A program made the position numbers and the translations under genes. From the NCBI RefSeq assembly GCF_037042905.1, contig NC_087252.1:25174001-25238000 (forward strand): a DNA stretch of 64,000 bases. The letters are read 5' to 3'. This document shows positions 1 through 13,567 of the stretch, in pieces (the first letter of the stretch is position 1; every line of letters starts with the position of its first letter). This DNA is from Lytechinus pictus. Taxonomy: Eukaryota. Below the pieces are notes generated by a model. It ran no database searches and had not been told where the DNA came from. It was given only the letters and a program-made list of their open reading frames with translations.

Positions 1-751
1 TTTGCTTTTATTCTAAGAAGGATGATAGCATATAGTCAAAAATTTGAACATAGGTATTCGTATGATGATTTCGAACATTACACGGTATGATATTCCAAGT
101 CTCAATATTAGCATCAAATTCTACTACGTTTTATTCCAAAATTGAGTCGCAGACCAATCGTAAGGTGTGCGGTCGCCTTAAGGCGCCTGACTGTACATGG
201 AAAGTCCAGGGTTCAATCCTCGGCCACGGCACTTATGCCCATGAGCAAGGCATTTAATCGACAGTGCTCTTTTATCCTGCATTCAAATAAATGAAAATGC
301 TATATGAATTCTTGGTAACGAAAAGTGCACTTTTTTTGAAAATAATGCTAAGATAATGCTTATTTGGCTTATAGTTTAATAGCAATTATTGTCCTATAAA
401 TTATCAATAAACATATATGCAGAGCCAAATACCATATATTCATAACAATTTGAAACTTAATTGTAATATCTCGGCAGTCTATCACTTTTACATTCTTCTC
501 TTTCTTTCCTCTCCTCCTTATTCTTACATTTTATTTTGTTTTCTTGAATGCAAAACCAGTTTAAAGGTGCTTCAACCAATCAAGCTTTTAGCTTATGTTG
601 TAACACCTTTGTATGTTCCTTATTTACTTGTGTTTCATATATATATTTATATATTATCTGTGTATTCTTTTACATTGTACATTGTGAACATGCATGAATA
701 AATAAATAAATAGTGTATATTATGAATAAACATTGAAACTGTGAGACGAAC

Positions 752-805
752 CTGGAGTGATGCTCTCTGGGATACTTATGCCATCGACTGTTACTGGAAC
801 ACGTA
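752..805 (-). CDS. Linker exon after SEA2 (VRVPVTVDGISIPESITP); gene continues beyond the window's left edge
   Basis: 54 bp, phase 1-1, ttttttctctacag| acceptor, G|GTTCGT donor; paralogous to 16426-16479. Confidence 0.85.
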
Positions 806-2075
806 CTGTAGAGAAAAAAGAAATTACTGTCCACTTTACGATATGTTTTATGTACACATGAGATTTCAGTATTGGAAAGGCATGCCAGGTGCTTATATCA
901 AATTTTATTTAACTAATTCTTTTAATACATGCTTAAGATCAAAGATTAAGTATAAAATGTAGTCATTGAACATTTATAATGTAGGTTTTTTTGCATAAAA
1001 CTGAGCTTATTTTAATGGGGACTTGATCATAATAAATATATCCACATAATTTATCGCGATAAAATGTCTGAACAACAAATCAAAATGATAAAACTGTACC
1101 TTTTCAGACGGTAAAATTCTGTATTAATGGTACAATCTAGATGGCTATACAATTAGTAATCACATTATATGTACAGGGTGGAGAATATTATGGTCAGCCA
1201 GGTTGCAAGATACATATAATTGTATATTTCACATGCCTTGAATAATTTCTCCCAAAATGGAGAGACTCTCCTTGTTTTTACATTGAATGATGATAATAAC
1301 ATTGCTCAAATAACATTAGGAGGAATCATATTATTCAAATGTGTACTAGTTGATTGAATCTAAAATAAATCCTGTGAGAGCTTCTACGAATAACAAAACG
1401 AGGTTTGAAGTTTGGGGTTCACTCATCAGGCATGAGATTTGCACACTGTACTATTTCGGGTATTTACAGAGAATCTTCCCAATGACTTTAGTTAGTTGAT
1501 GGTTGGCTGGTCACAATCACTACATGTTATAAAAGAAACCACTCACTGTATCTTTTAGGGGACCATCAAAATGTCAAGCTCTGTTTTCCATTTGCAGGTT
1601 TTTACTAGTTTACAGACAAACCCAAATCCTTACATGTATTGTGTTTAATGCTTCGTGTACTGCCCTAGAGCAGTGAAAATTTGACATGTGATCATATTTT
1701 CAGCTGAAACTTTCTTAGAAATTGGAATCATTTTATTGGAATATTTGCTGTAAATATCAGTGGTAAATAGAGTGTATAAAATATATTCTTAATAATCTTT
1801 ACCAAACCGACTGGACAGGTTTTTGTTTGGTAAGGGCAATTTAAAATATTGAGTCTGCTATCAATTCTACAAATTCGATATTGGATTGACAAAAAACTTT
1901 GAAAACAAACACACACATATATACACACCCACACACACCTTTCTGATTTCTAACGCCCATTCCGTCAATTCTGAATTCAGAATACCGTAAAAGCGCATTA
2001 TGCTATGACTTTAGTTAGTTGTTGGCTGGTCACAATCACTACAAAGTAAGAAGTTAATAAAAGATGACAAATTAC

Positions 2076-2287
2076 CATCTGTGATATCAACTTGAGCATC
2101 TGATGAACCAAGCTGAGCATTATTAGAGAGTGATGTCATAACGGCGTCGTTGATGGCGCTAGATACCAGATTCGCTACGGCCAGCTGAACTTCGAAGGCT
2201 GACATGGTGTTTGTATATTCCTCAGATAGAGACATCCCGAACACTGATGAGACCCCAATGTCTGCATCCACAACGACACTCCCAGGG
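2076..2287 (-). CDS. SEA domain 2, C-terminal part with SPG^SVVV cleavage motif
   Basis: 212 bp, phase 2 to 1; PGSVVVDADIGV...DAQVDITD. Confidence 0.92.
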
Positions 2288-2346
2288 CTAACAGGAAATA
2301 AAGGTTAGTTAGAGAAAAATGACTTGGTAAAGAGTTCATGATATAT

Positions 2347-2760
2347 AACAAGTGGAACGCCTCTGGAAGTCTCACCTGCATTATGCGATACGATATAGCA
2401 GCAGTGCTGACTTTGAAAACAGCTATTGTATAATTATTCACAGCAGAAAACATTCATATGTACTATGTCCATTGACCCAAAATGACATTTGACCATGATC
2501 ATGTGACCTAAGATGTGTGCAAAACAATCATTCATAATTGATTACCCTTATGTCTATGTTTAGAACTACATCCATAAACTTTCTAAGTTAGAATGCCAAT
2601 TCAACAAGAATCCCTTACAAGGCCAAAGTTCATTGACCTTGAATGACCTTTGATCTTGGTCATGTTCCTGAAATGTGCACATGATATTCAGTGATACATG
2701 GTTGCTTTGATGTCCAAGTTTCAAGAACTAGATCCATAAACTTCTGCATGTGTTCCATAA
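2347..2760 (+). mobile_element. Truncated copy of the HINE-type element
   Basis: aacaagtggaacgcctctggaagtctcacctgcat start matches 49951. Confidence 0.7.
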
Positions 2761-2794
2761 CAGCTTTTGCTAACTTTTTCAAAATGTGTGCATT

Positions 2795-3470
2795 AAATAA
2801 ACCCCTCAAAAAAAGTTTGGAAATCTGAGTTTGGCCATTATTTTCTCCCAACTCCCAATTTTACACAATGCATATTTGACATCATCTGAAAGATCATTTA
2901 ATTCTCTTTAAGATGATACCATGCTTGTTATGATCATGCCATCACGAAAAGAGCAGGATCCAAAAGTGTTGGATGAGGTCTGAATTGAAAAGCTGCAAAA
3001 CGAGCAAAAAAAGTTTGAAAATCTGAGTTTAGCCATTAATTCCTCCCAACTCCCAATTTTACACAATGTATATTTGATATCATTCGAAAGATCATTTAAT
3101 TTTCTTTAAAATGATGCCATGCTTGTTATGATCATAACATCACGAAAAGAGCAGGATTCAAAAGTGTTGGATGAGGAATGAATTGAAAAGCTGCAAAACA
3201 AGCAGAAATAGTCATGATGGGTCAATACAGAACATGATTCTTTTGTCTGTGTCAATAGAGATGAAAATCCAGTCAATCAAGCCCCTGCTTCTTCATTCTT
3301 ATGTTTTGGTGTGGTTTATGTAGTGATGGTTCTTTGAGATAACATGGTTTGAGTCGTGGTTTGAAATACCCATGCATGTGTGTTTGTTTGTTATGTGTTT
3401 GATTCCATGTTAATGTTGATGTTAAGGTGCATGAAAACAATTAAAAGAAACCGCTGAAAAACTCACTCAT
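2795..3470 (+). repeat. Dispersed repeat with two ~190-bp tandem units; second copy at 8778-9450
   Basis: aaataaacccctcaaaaaaagtttggaaatctgagttt... near-identical at both loci. Confidence 0.85.
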
Positions 3471-4052
3471 CACCACTGAAAAAAGAACAGTGACTTTCAA
3501 TATTGTGTCATTTTGCAACTTTTGAATTTTGACCTTACCCCACATTTCAAGGTACTGCACCTCCATATGAACCACAATCATATCATGTAGGGCATCATTT
3601 TAAAGACAATTAAATGAACTATTCATATATATTAATTACACATTGATATTTACTAAAAACCAAGGAGAGATTATCGATCAAAGTCAGATTTCCATACTTT
3701 TTTTCGAGGAGTTTATAAAAAATAACTGTGAATATCTGTGCTTTGTAACGTTGATTTCAATTGTATATTCATCACAAATTTTTTAAAATTGCCGTCGTGT
3801 GCAGACAAACAACACATCCAGAGATACATCAACCAAGTGTAAGTTCAAGCCCAGCCCCGTCAGACCAAAAAGATACTGCTGCTACCATGTTCGGCGATCA
3901 ACCATTAAAGGGATAGAGCAGCGTCGATCCAGTACTGCACAGTGCCTGGGCCCATGATCAATTGGGCAAAGTTAGTTTTTTATTTCAGATTACTATTTCA
4001 AACAATAAAATATGGATTTTTATTCAAATTGATGAAAAGGGATAGGAATTAC

Positions 4053-4123
4053 CTTAGGCCCGTCACACTCACACCAGTAATGTAACCCATGAGCTGGACA
4101 TTACTCTGTAACCCATTCATCAG
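4053..4123 (-). CDS. SEA domain 2, middle exon (LMNGLQSNVQLMGYITGVSVTGL)
   Basis: 71 bp, phase 0 to 2; same length and phase as the module 1 exon. Confidence 0.88.
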
Positions 4124-6175
4124 CTGGAAAAGGGAACAAATTCAAGGTAATGAATTAATTATTTTGAAAAGTTCGATTAATAAAATCAAGTTGAAGTAAA
4201 CGGTTAAATCAATGATTCATAAGGTAGTTAGAATTCATGGATATGTCACCAGCAACAATAAATCGGCTCACTAAACAACATAAAAATAGGAATATAATCA
4301 TTTTTCTCAGGTCTCAAATATTAGGCTGCTGCTAAAAAAGTCGGACAACTATACTGTTATAAAAATTGAAAAATGTCAAAATAATGGAACCAATGAAAGA
4401 CCTGAATTGCTATAAAAAAAAGGATGTGAGTATATCACAAAACACTTTACCTTTTATATTCTCTGTAAAATTAGCAATCATGAGTGTTACAAGTCATGTC
4501 TATCTATGCCAGTGACCCAAATATTTTGTCTTGGTTATGAATCTTTTCCTTTTGTCCAGAGTTATGCAGTGCAGTTGGCTATTAGCACTTTTTCATTTGT
4601 GTGTTTCATACCTTGCATAACTCGGTGTTAGGCAGCTTGAAATAGACTCTCTTGCAAGTTCTAAATCCTGATCCCTATTCAACGCTAGGACGGTTCAGAT
4701 AGTTTTCTTGCAAGGTTTTTGTTATTAGCAGGTGAATGCAATATTTAAGTAGCTTGGGTTTAGATTGGAATTCTTATATGGGAGGAACCCTAGTTAGAAT
4801 TGATAGTTGTCACTTGAAGCTTATGAATCAAAGAGGCAAGACCTCTGAGTTCTCTCCAAGAGCAGCAGCTCCTCTTCTAGGGTTTGGTAGCATGAGCTAT
4901 GTTCATGGTAACACCTGTAGGAACTCAACAGGACAGTTTTTTTGCTGGTAAATACCAAGCTGGTGTATATCACCAATCACATACAGGCATAGTAGCTGAC
5001 CTTATAGACAGATATCACTAGTCACTACTGGGTCTTTTTATTAAAGTGGAGCTAATGGCATAGTGGGGATTTGAACTCACAACCTTGCGATTATGAGTCC
5101 AGTGCTCTAAGCACTAGACCACACCATATCAATTATCATATCTTAATTTTGTTCATGAAACCTGATCATGCAAGAAATGACACACTGACTGTGTCTTAAT
5201 TGATGTTTGGCCTATCTACATCCCCCCCCAAAAAAAAAATCATGGGTTGAATTTCACAAACTGAATGTGGATTTGATTCATCAATCTACAACAGAATCCT
5301 TGAGGACCGTGTCTCACAAAATTAAAAACCCCTGATTGAAAGCTAATAACAGACTTGAACCAATTCAGGATTAGGCAACAAAGCAACTACATGCATGGCT
5401 TATCAGGGTTGTACACCCACCCCTTTCCTCTCCACAGAAAAAAACATGAAGAACCAAAAATAAAAAGTCAGCATGATAAGGGCAATTCCATAGGTTGGTG
5501 GACATGAGCTCAATGTGTCTTTGTACATATAGCCCATCTGAACCGTAACGTGAGTAACCACTTTATCTGCACCCCTTGTAAAAACTATGTGTTCTTTATT
5601 TTTTTTATTATATACAAATTTGTCTCCCTAATATACTTCTTTGAAATGGATATAATCAACTTTCATAAAAGCCTTGCATGAGGACTCTTTTCACTTATGT
5701 CCACTTTTCATTTTATGCATGTCCAAATCATGTAACATGAGTAACCGACACATTTCAAAGATTTGCCAGGAGCATAATGAAATTTCCCAAGTTTGTTTTT
5801 ATACAAAGGATAGTCAGACTGCATACTATGTTGTGATAAAGAGATGTTTGGTTCCTATCAATAATAAAGGAGTTACAGCTCCAAGTATGAGTCAAGGTGT
5901 CTCCAAATGTAACGTGAGTAACCGTGGAATAGCCCATAAGATAATTTGAACAACAATGAAAGATCTACGGATAATTGAGCAATCAACACATAATCCTATG
6001 TTGAGAGTCAGTAATAAGAATATAAAACATAGCATGCTTTAACAGTGCTCCCAGCTTACACCAAGCCATACTTGATACTTGATGTAGTAATCCTATTGGC
6101 AGCTCATACAGAAGCTATACTGGGATCCTCCTCATGGTCATTGGTCACATATAAAACAAATCATAATAACCTTAC

Positions 6176-6288
6176 CTCACTTTCTACTGTGCCAGTGAAA
6201 GACATGTATTCAGTAGATGAAGGATCATTATACTCGGAAATGAAATCAACTCCCTCCAAGGTGGCGGCAACTTTGACATTCATATCCC
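6176..6288 (-). CDS. SEA domain 2, N-terminal part (GDMNVKVAATLEGVDFISEYNDPSSTEYMSFTGTVESE)
   Basis: 113 bp, phase 1 to 0, GAG|GTAAGG donor; same length and phase as the module 1 exon. Confidence 0.9.
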
Positions 6289-7093
6289 CTAGAATTGAAA
6301 AATACAACAGAAGATATATTATTGTGTAAATTGCAAATCCCTGCCCCGAAAAAAATAGTTATAATAACAGTGTATTTTTTATAAGCAAATATCCACCTTA
6401 TTAGGTGCTCGAGGTGCTCCTTTATAACCCCGGTTAAGCTAGTCTACCGATTGAAGTGCTCACAGCACCATTTAGGTCACCTGGGTTCAGTGTAGAGCAT
6501 TGTGGATCAATTTCTGGCTGAAGGAAATTACGCCATGGCTGGGATCAGAACACATGACACTCTATTTCAAGGCCCGAAGACTAATCCACTGGACCACTAT
6601 ACTCCACATGACACTGAATTGTGCTCCAACGTATGACATAGTGCCAATAAAATGACACTAATACTAACACAGCATGTACAGTATAATGTGAATGACACCA
6701 GAAATAAAGACACTTCTTTTCTTTGTTTGTTTTTCACCATTTGGTGACAAATAATAACCGACTATACGGTCACCATTAAATTGGCAATAAGATAGCAAGG
6801 CACACTAGCTATGTGGCAATTTGACAAAGCAATGAGACAAACTGGAGAAATTTGTATGAGGGTATGCTGTAAAACTAAGGTATTCTGAATAGTTGGTGTT
6901 TTATTGTTTTATTTATTTATTTATTTTCCACTCGTGGGCTGGATGGCCACCTTCAGCCACAGGCTGTTCTACTGAGGGGTCCAGTGGACGCGTTTAAAAA
7001 ATACAAACATACAATATACAAACAAATACATGTATAAAAGAAGACATAAATCAATCCTATACAAGGTAAGATATGACTACAAATTATAACTTA

Positions 7094-8060
7094 CCGTAAG
7101 TAACGGTGTATTAACCGCACCTTTTTCTCGGCGGGATATAAGCAAAAGTCGGGGGTGCGGTTTATACACGGTGACGGGTCTGAGCCCGCCCGCGTAGCCC
7201 CTCCCGAACATGTAAGAAGTCTGCCAGTTCACAACCCATCGAGTGGCCGGCCGTAGCCGCCCAGTGCAATGTCGCTTAGAGGGGTATGAGCCGCGGGTAA
7301 TGGGTAGCGATTATTATGATCTTATGATCAAATACTGTCGTAACAAATGCACCCACCTTCATGACACTAATTTCGACTTTATTCTCGAAGTTCCCTGGCT
7401 AAGTTCATAGAGACGCCAAGCATTCTCGGTAATAATTTGTCACAGCTGAGCGAGAGCCAAGAGCTAGCTTGCGTTGTATTTTGGTTTTAGTGCGACTTAA
7501 GCTGGCGCTATTCATTTAATTTAACCCCTCAAAGTCCCGTTTCGCGCCAGCTTATTTTTTTCTTTCCCGTTTGCTTTTCATAAGATACCATGTACACCGT
7601 GCACCACGCACGATAGAGACGGCACGAAGCCGTCAAACAACTGGAAAAAATACAAATTTCTTTGTTTCTTGAACCTTCCTGTAATCCTGTATCCAAAATT
7701 CATGCTAAGACATCGAATGCTAGACAAATTCTGAAAGTGATTGTGAGGTTGTGATGCAAGAAATGTGAAAGACACAGATCACAATTTGATAAGATGTACT
7801 GGTAGTGGTACCGTATCGAAGTTTGAAATGTACATGTACAAGAAACTAGAAAGGCAGTGCTGTGTGTGTGTACACTGTGACTGTGAGGTGAGTGAGTGTG
7901 TAAATTGCCAATATTGGCGGGACCTTTCTTTCTTGCTAACATTTGTAGATGAATTGATCAAGAACAGCAGATTTCTGCATACTGGTAATCTCTTTGAATA
8001 CTTTGAAATCTTTAACTTAGTTTTTGTTTCTTCGTACCTCAAATATGCATGTAAATGTGA

Positions 8061-8106
<46 letters not shown>

Positions 8107-8155
8107 TGGGGGTGCGGTTTATACACGGGTGCGGTTAATACACCGTTACTTACGG
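7094..8155. mobile_element. Tc1/mariner (pogo/Tc2-like) non-autonomous element
   Basis: Perfect 28-bp TIR ccgtaagtaacggtgtattaaccgcacc, with TA on both sides. Confidence 0.85.
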
Positions 8156-8601
8156 TATACAAAAGTTAAAAAGAAAAGAAAAAAAAAGTGGGATGGGGGA
8201 TGGTGTGGGAGGGGGGGGGTTGAAGTGTTAAATACACTGAGAGTTTGAACACAACACCACATACAGTTGAAATGACAAACAGTATGCCTATTTATCAAAA
8301 CATCACCAATGGGTGTTGAAATATATAACACCATGAATCTGACACTGGTGAAAAGTGCTTGGTGTTTTCCTCTCAAAGCAAAACGGTTGAGTAGTTTAAC
8401 ACCACTTTTTGCAGCGTATGGCAGGTTTATTAACGGAATAGGTATTAGACAAAGTGGGATAAGAGCAAGTGGTGCTTCAGTACACAGGGCCTTAAATCGT
8501 AGAGCTTGGCGATTGGTCATGGAGATCATGTTTATAATTGATCATAATCATATAATTCAGCCTCATGATCAACTGCCATGCTATATGTGACATTAACTTA
8601 C

Positions 8602-8640
8602 CAACGACCACTCCAGGAATCACTGTTGGAGCCATGGTAA
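8602..8640 (-). CDS. Microexon, module 2 (VTMAPTVIPGVVV)
   Basis: 39 bp, phase 1-1, G|GTAAGT donor; peptide conserved with 20486-20515 while synonymous sites differ. Confidence 0.88.
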
Positions 8641-8777
8641 CTAGTAGGAAACAAGTAAAAGAACAATAATAACTTTGTGAAAATGAAAATGAAACTCCGC
8701 CTAATTTGGGCACTCATTAATAATTTTGACGAGATCATTTACATTTTCTACCACATCACTTTTTATTTTCTTGAAAA

Positions 8778-9450
8778 TAAATAAACCCCTCAAAAAAAGT
8801 TTGGAAATCTGAGTTTGACCATTAATTTCTCCCAACTCCCAATTTTACACAATGCATATTTTACATCATTCAAAATATCATTTAATTCTCTTTAAAATGA
8901 TACCATGCTTGTTATGATCATGCCATCACGAAAACAGCAGGATTCAAAAGTGTTGGATGAAGTCTGAATTGAAAAACTGCAAAAAGAGCAAAAAAGTTTG
9001 AAAATTTTAGTTTGACCATTAATTTCTCCCAACTCCCAATTTTACACAATGCATATTTGATATCATTCAAAAGATCATTTAATTCTCTTTAAAATGATAC
9101 TATGCTTGTTATGATCATGCCATCACGAAAAGAGCAGGATTCAAAAGTGTTGGATGAGGACTGAATTGAAAAGCTGCAAAACGAGCAGAAATAGTCATGA
9201 AGGTTAATACAGAACATGATTCTTTTGTCTGTGTCAATAGAGATGAAATCCATTCAAATCAAGCCCGTGCTTCTGTAGTGATGGTTCTGTGAGATAACAT
9301 GGTTTGAGTCGTGGTTTGAAATGCCCATGCATGTTTGTTTGTTATGTTTTTGCTTGTGCAGAGGTGTGTTTGATTCCATGTTAATGTTGATGTTAAGGTG
9401 CATGAAAACAAAAGAAGCTTTGAAAAGGCCTCGAAAAACAGTCATTGTCA
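8778..9450 (+). repeat. Second copy of the 2795-3470 repeat
   Basis: Direct sequence match. Confidence 0.85.
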
Positions 9451-9529
9451 AACCACTTGATGTAGGCCTTTCATGTTAATGGACCTCTCTATCCACTCTC
9501 AGTACCTGATAGTAAGAACACAGTTTCTA

Positions 9530-10345
9530 TTTAGAGTGTGTTCACCGTGTGTTCACCGTGTTTTCAGGGTGTGTACGTTCACAGCATGTTCAGAGTGTTT
9601 GCAGTGTATATATATTCAGAATGTATTCACAGTGTGTCCACGGTTTGTTCAGTGTGCCTAAAGTCTATTCACAGTGGGTGTGTTCAGAGTGTGTCTAAAA
9701 TGTTTTCAGTGTGTGTTCTGAGTGTATTCACAGTGTGTTCAGTGTGTTTACTTTGATTAATGTGTTCACAGTCTATACACAGTGGATATGTTCAGAATCA
9801 TTTAACAGTGTGTTCAGTGTGTGCTAATTGTGTTTAGTGTGTTCCCAGTCTATACACAGTGGATGTGTTCGGAGTGTGTTCTGAATCATGTAACAGTGTG
9901 TTCAGTGTGTGCTCAGAGAGTGTTTACTGTGTTTTGTGTGTTTAGTGTATACACAGTGGATGTGTTCAGAATCATTAAACAGTGTGTTCAGTGTATACTC
10001 AGAGTGTGTTCACAGTGTATACACAGTGGATGTGTTCAGAATCATTTAAAAGTGTGTTCAGTGTGTTATTAGAGTGTGTTTCCGGTGTACTTAGAGTGTG
10101 TTTACTGTGTGTTAAGTGTGTTCACAGTCTATACACAGTGGATGTGTTCAGAGTGTGTTCAGAATAATTTATCAGTTTGTTCAGTGTGTACTCAGAGTGT
10201 GTTTACTGTGTATTAAATGTATACACAGTGGATGTGTTCAGAGTGTGTCCAGAATCATTTAACAGGGTGTTCCGTGTGTTAAGTGTGTTCACAGTCTGTA
10301 CACAGTGGATGTGTTCAGAATCATTTGACAGTGTGTTCACACTGT
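9530..10345. repeat. Degenerate (CAGTGTGTT)n-type minisatellite
   Basis: Repeated cagtgtgttc / atacacagtggatgtgttcaga units; related opposite-strand sequence at ~51170-51470. Confidence 0.85.
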
Positions 10346-10427
10346 GGACATATTCTGCATATACTCTGAACACACTCTGCAATACTGCAGTCTTGGAAAG
10401 TAGGCAATAAAGTATGATTTTTTTTAC

Positions 10428-10472
10428 CTGTTGTCGTAGGTGTCGCTGTTGTGGTCTCTTCTGTTGGTGATT
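10428..10472 (-). CDS. Thr-rich stem exon, module 2 (ESPTEETTTATPTTT)
   Basis: 45 bp, phase 1-1, T-tract + CAG acceptor, G|GTAAAA donor. Confidence 0.85.
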
Positions 10473-10679
10473 CTGTGTGTAAAATTGAAAAAAAAATTGA
10501 CGTTGACATATTGGTCATGTTTCTTCACAAGACATTAAAAATACAAACTAGATCAATTTTAAACACACCGTTCAATACTTTGAAAAGAAAAAAAATAATT
10601 CTCGCCAATGACATACTGGTTCTTTACAAGACATTAACAGATACAAACTAAATCAATTTCCTGATAAAACTACATGTAT

Positions 10680-11204
10680 GGGTGTTTCATAAAGCTGTTT
10701 GTAAGTTAAGAGCGACTTTAAGAACGACTGGTGAACATTTCTTATGTGCTAGGTAATCACCAATGAACATATCATTTACCACAAGAAAGGATCACCAGTC
10801 GTTCTTAAAGTTGCTCTAATCTTACGAACAGTTTTATGAAACGGCCCCCAGGCCAAGTATTATGCAATAGAATGTCCATTTAACCATTGAGCATGCTAGT
10901 TCAGAGTGTTTTGCATGGCCATATCATATGTGGTATCACCAGGGCCGTCTTTCAAAGAGTTACGTTTGAGTTACGATTAGTTCGATCAATCTTAACTCTA
11001 TGGAAATCCATCAGTGTCATAATTGTTTTCTACAAAAAATTTGCACAATGTCTTTTGTAGAGAAGCGCAGTGAATTTTCAAGAAAACAATGAATGCATGA
11101 GCTAGAAAATATTTTGAACAAACATGCATGATAGATGTTGACGTTGCTAGCCGTTCATAGTTGCGATTGATCGGATCAATCGTAACTCTTTGTAAGACGG
11201 GGCA
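10680..11204. mobile_element. Two adjacent small MITEs (10680-10849 palindromic; 10941-11204)
   Basis: gtttcataaagctgtt/aacagttttatgaaac and ccgtctttcaaagagttacg/cgtaactctttgtaagacgg TIRs; the second has an inverted copy at ~31630-31900. Confidence 0.75.
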
Positions 11205-11542
11205 CTTTTCGGCGGAACTTTTCGAGCTAATTGAGACAAAAGAAATGTTGGGGGTCGAATCTCCATTCTGCCCCCATACTCTTTGACTGATCTAAATGAT
11301 CCGCCACCACTGCAACTTGTTTGTAGTTGTTGTTTGGCATGATGAAAACTCGGTGAGAGCTCGATCCCACTATGTTTTTCATTTTACTTCCTGGGAAGAA
11401 CTGCGCATGCTCAATGAACTATACACAGAGCTTGAGCAGAGTTTTTTTTTCTTAGTGAAATCATCTCTTATCATGTGAGCACCAATTGATCAATATCTTA
11501 ATAAAAATACTCATGATTTCATAGGAGGCATATGGTCTTTAA

Positions 11543-12129
11543 AGGAGAATGAAACCCTTGAAACTAGCTGAATCCATATCAAAGAGAAAAATCAAAGAAA
11601 CATATTGTTGAAAGTTTGAGGAAGATTGAACGAATAATAAGAAAGTTATGAGCATTTGAATATTGAGATCACTAGTGCCATGTAGATCCTCCCATCGGCA
11701 ATGCGACCAAGATCTGTGATATCACACACGTACAACTCCCTCATTACTTTAGTACTTATTTCACTTATATTCTCACTTTTATAGAGTCTATCACAAGGTT
11801 AGGTGTTTTCTTTATGAGATGACAAGTACAGAGGTTTCACAACATTATTTATATCATTGATGAATCGTTTGTCATATGATTAGAATGAGCAAAAAGAGAT
11901 GTTTTGGGGTATATTTTCAGTGTCCGAATGGGAGAGTTGTACGTGTGTGACATCACAGATCTTGGTCGCATTGCCAATGGGGGGATCTCCATAGCATTAG
12001 TGATCTCGACATTCAAATGCTCATAACTCTTTTATTGCTAGTCCTATTTTACTCAAAGTTTTGTTGATCTTATTCTTTGATTTTTCTGCTTTCACAAAAG
12101 CTAACTTGCTCCAAGAGTTTCATTCTCCT
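11543..12129 (+). mobile_element. Kolobok-like MITE family A (TTAA|AGGAGAATGAAAC...GTTTCATTCTCCT|TTAA)
   Basis: TIRs, TTAA on both sides, near-identical inverted copy at 14734-15323. Confidence 0.8.
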
Positions 12130-12384
12130 TTAAATGTCAGCATGGAGAAAATTTACCCTAGTTTAATCGAATGATTTTATATCAATTTTTCAAATTAAAT
12201 GAAACTAAACACTCATTTCAATAGTTCATGTTCCCCTCTTCAAGATGTGCACTCCTTACACACTTGCTGGATTTACTTAAAAAAAAAAATTGACCTATCA
12301 TACTGTAGTATTGTTCAACAGGCCCAAGGTCCAATTTTCAACATCTCAGTTCATACAAACTTGTTTGATTATAATAAAATAGAT

Positions 12385-12830
12385 AGAAAATAGCCTTGAA
12401 GGTTGAAAAATAGCAAAAAAATAGTCTGCGCGTTAAAAATAGAACTATTTCATCCTTTTTCTATTTCACTTGTAAAAATAGCATGCGTGTTAAAAATATA
12501 AATAAAATAGCATATTTTTTTCTATTTCACCGGTAAAAATAGCAAAAAAATAGCATGCGCATTAAAAATAGAAATAAAAAGTCTATTTTTTTTCTATTTC
12601 ACCTGTAAAAATAGCCAAAAAATAGCATGCGCGTTAAAAATGGAAATAAAATAGCCTATTTTTTTTCTATTTCACCTGTAAAAATAGCAAAAAAATAGTT
12701 GGTGAGTAAAAAATAGGGAAAAGATAGACAATTTTTTTTCTATTTCATTTGTAAAAATGGTAAAAAAATAGTCCCCTTTTACTAAAAATAGTCAAAAAAT
12801 AGAGAGAAAATAGGGGGAAAAAATATTTTC
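12385..12830. repeat. A/T-rich ~60-bp tandem minisatellite (aaaaatag...ttttttctatttcac)
   Basis: About 6 tandem units visible. Confidence 0.85.
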
Positions 12831-13513
12831 TTGCAGCAAAAAACTACTAGGGTACTGTTATCATCTAGTTGGAAAGGCAAAAATAACTTTAAATGAATAA
12901 AAGTTGTCGATCACTGATCAATCCAATCGTTCCCTGCCTCTTATCAAGACTATATAGCCCTAAGAGATTTCCAATTTTTCCTTGGGGTCCAAGGGGGAGC
13001 AGCCCAGCCGAGATTCCCCACCACCGTCACTCATCAGAATAAAAAATGTTCTTTGAATGGAAATCATATCAACATACCAGAGAAATGTTACCCCATGCAT
13101 GCTCGGACAATTGGGTTCCATGACATTCGCTCCTAGCTGCAACAACTGCTCTTTGAGTCAAACACAAAACCTTACCTCCAAAGCGGGCAAAGGTAAATAA
13201 ACCCTAATCCTTATCTTTACACTATTCTGTACAAAAAAACTCAATTAAAATTCTCACTCTAATAAGTCTAACCCAATGCCCTTCGAGATATTAAGACCAG
13301 ATCAAATGTCACCACAACAAATGTAGTGTTACAGTGTCACCGACAATCGATCAGCCGATCACGGAGAGTCATCGGCTAACTAAGCTCTTTCAGCTCCATG
13401 GCTTTTTTAATTGAAACGCATCGTTCAGTACCGGTACCATGCTTTGCCACAACCAACACCGCACATCGCCCCAGACTTTCCGTACAATCTTTCCCACAGT
13501 CACACACTCGTAC

Positions 13514-13567
13514 CTCGCTGATGTTGTTGGAGGCACACGGCCTCGGTGTTGAAAATCCGCATCCCAT
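13514..13567 (-). CDS. Candidate orphan first coding exon MGCGFSTPRPCASNNISE (N-myristoylation/palmitoylation-type start)
   Basis: gagATGG start context, MGCxxS motif, GAG|GTACGA donor, within a locally GC/CpG-richer non-repetitive island (~13.35-13.95 kb). Phase 0 does not fit the next SEA-gene exon. Confidence 0.45.

Noticed and set aside
1100..1118. Possible 19-bp microexon (cag|AATTTTACCGTCTGAAAAG|gtacag)
   Set aside because: Would break the frame between 2076 and 805, and module 1 has no counterpart
1482..2043. ~40-bp direct repeat (atgactttagttagttg...ggctggtcacaatcactaca) about 520 bp apart
   Set aside because: Too long for a TSD and no element ends between the copies; likely a small local duplication
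4560..4950. Coding-looking stretch with a minus-strand donor near 4611
   Set aside because: Stops in all frames examined and no recognisable motif; probably a decayed repeat
9530..10345. Many CACAGTG heptamers and a repeat array that might suggest an RSS cluster or CRISPR
   Set aside because: Degenerate minisatellite with no unique spacers, no nonamer at fixed spacing and no cas genes; eukaryotic context
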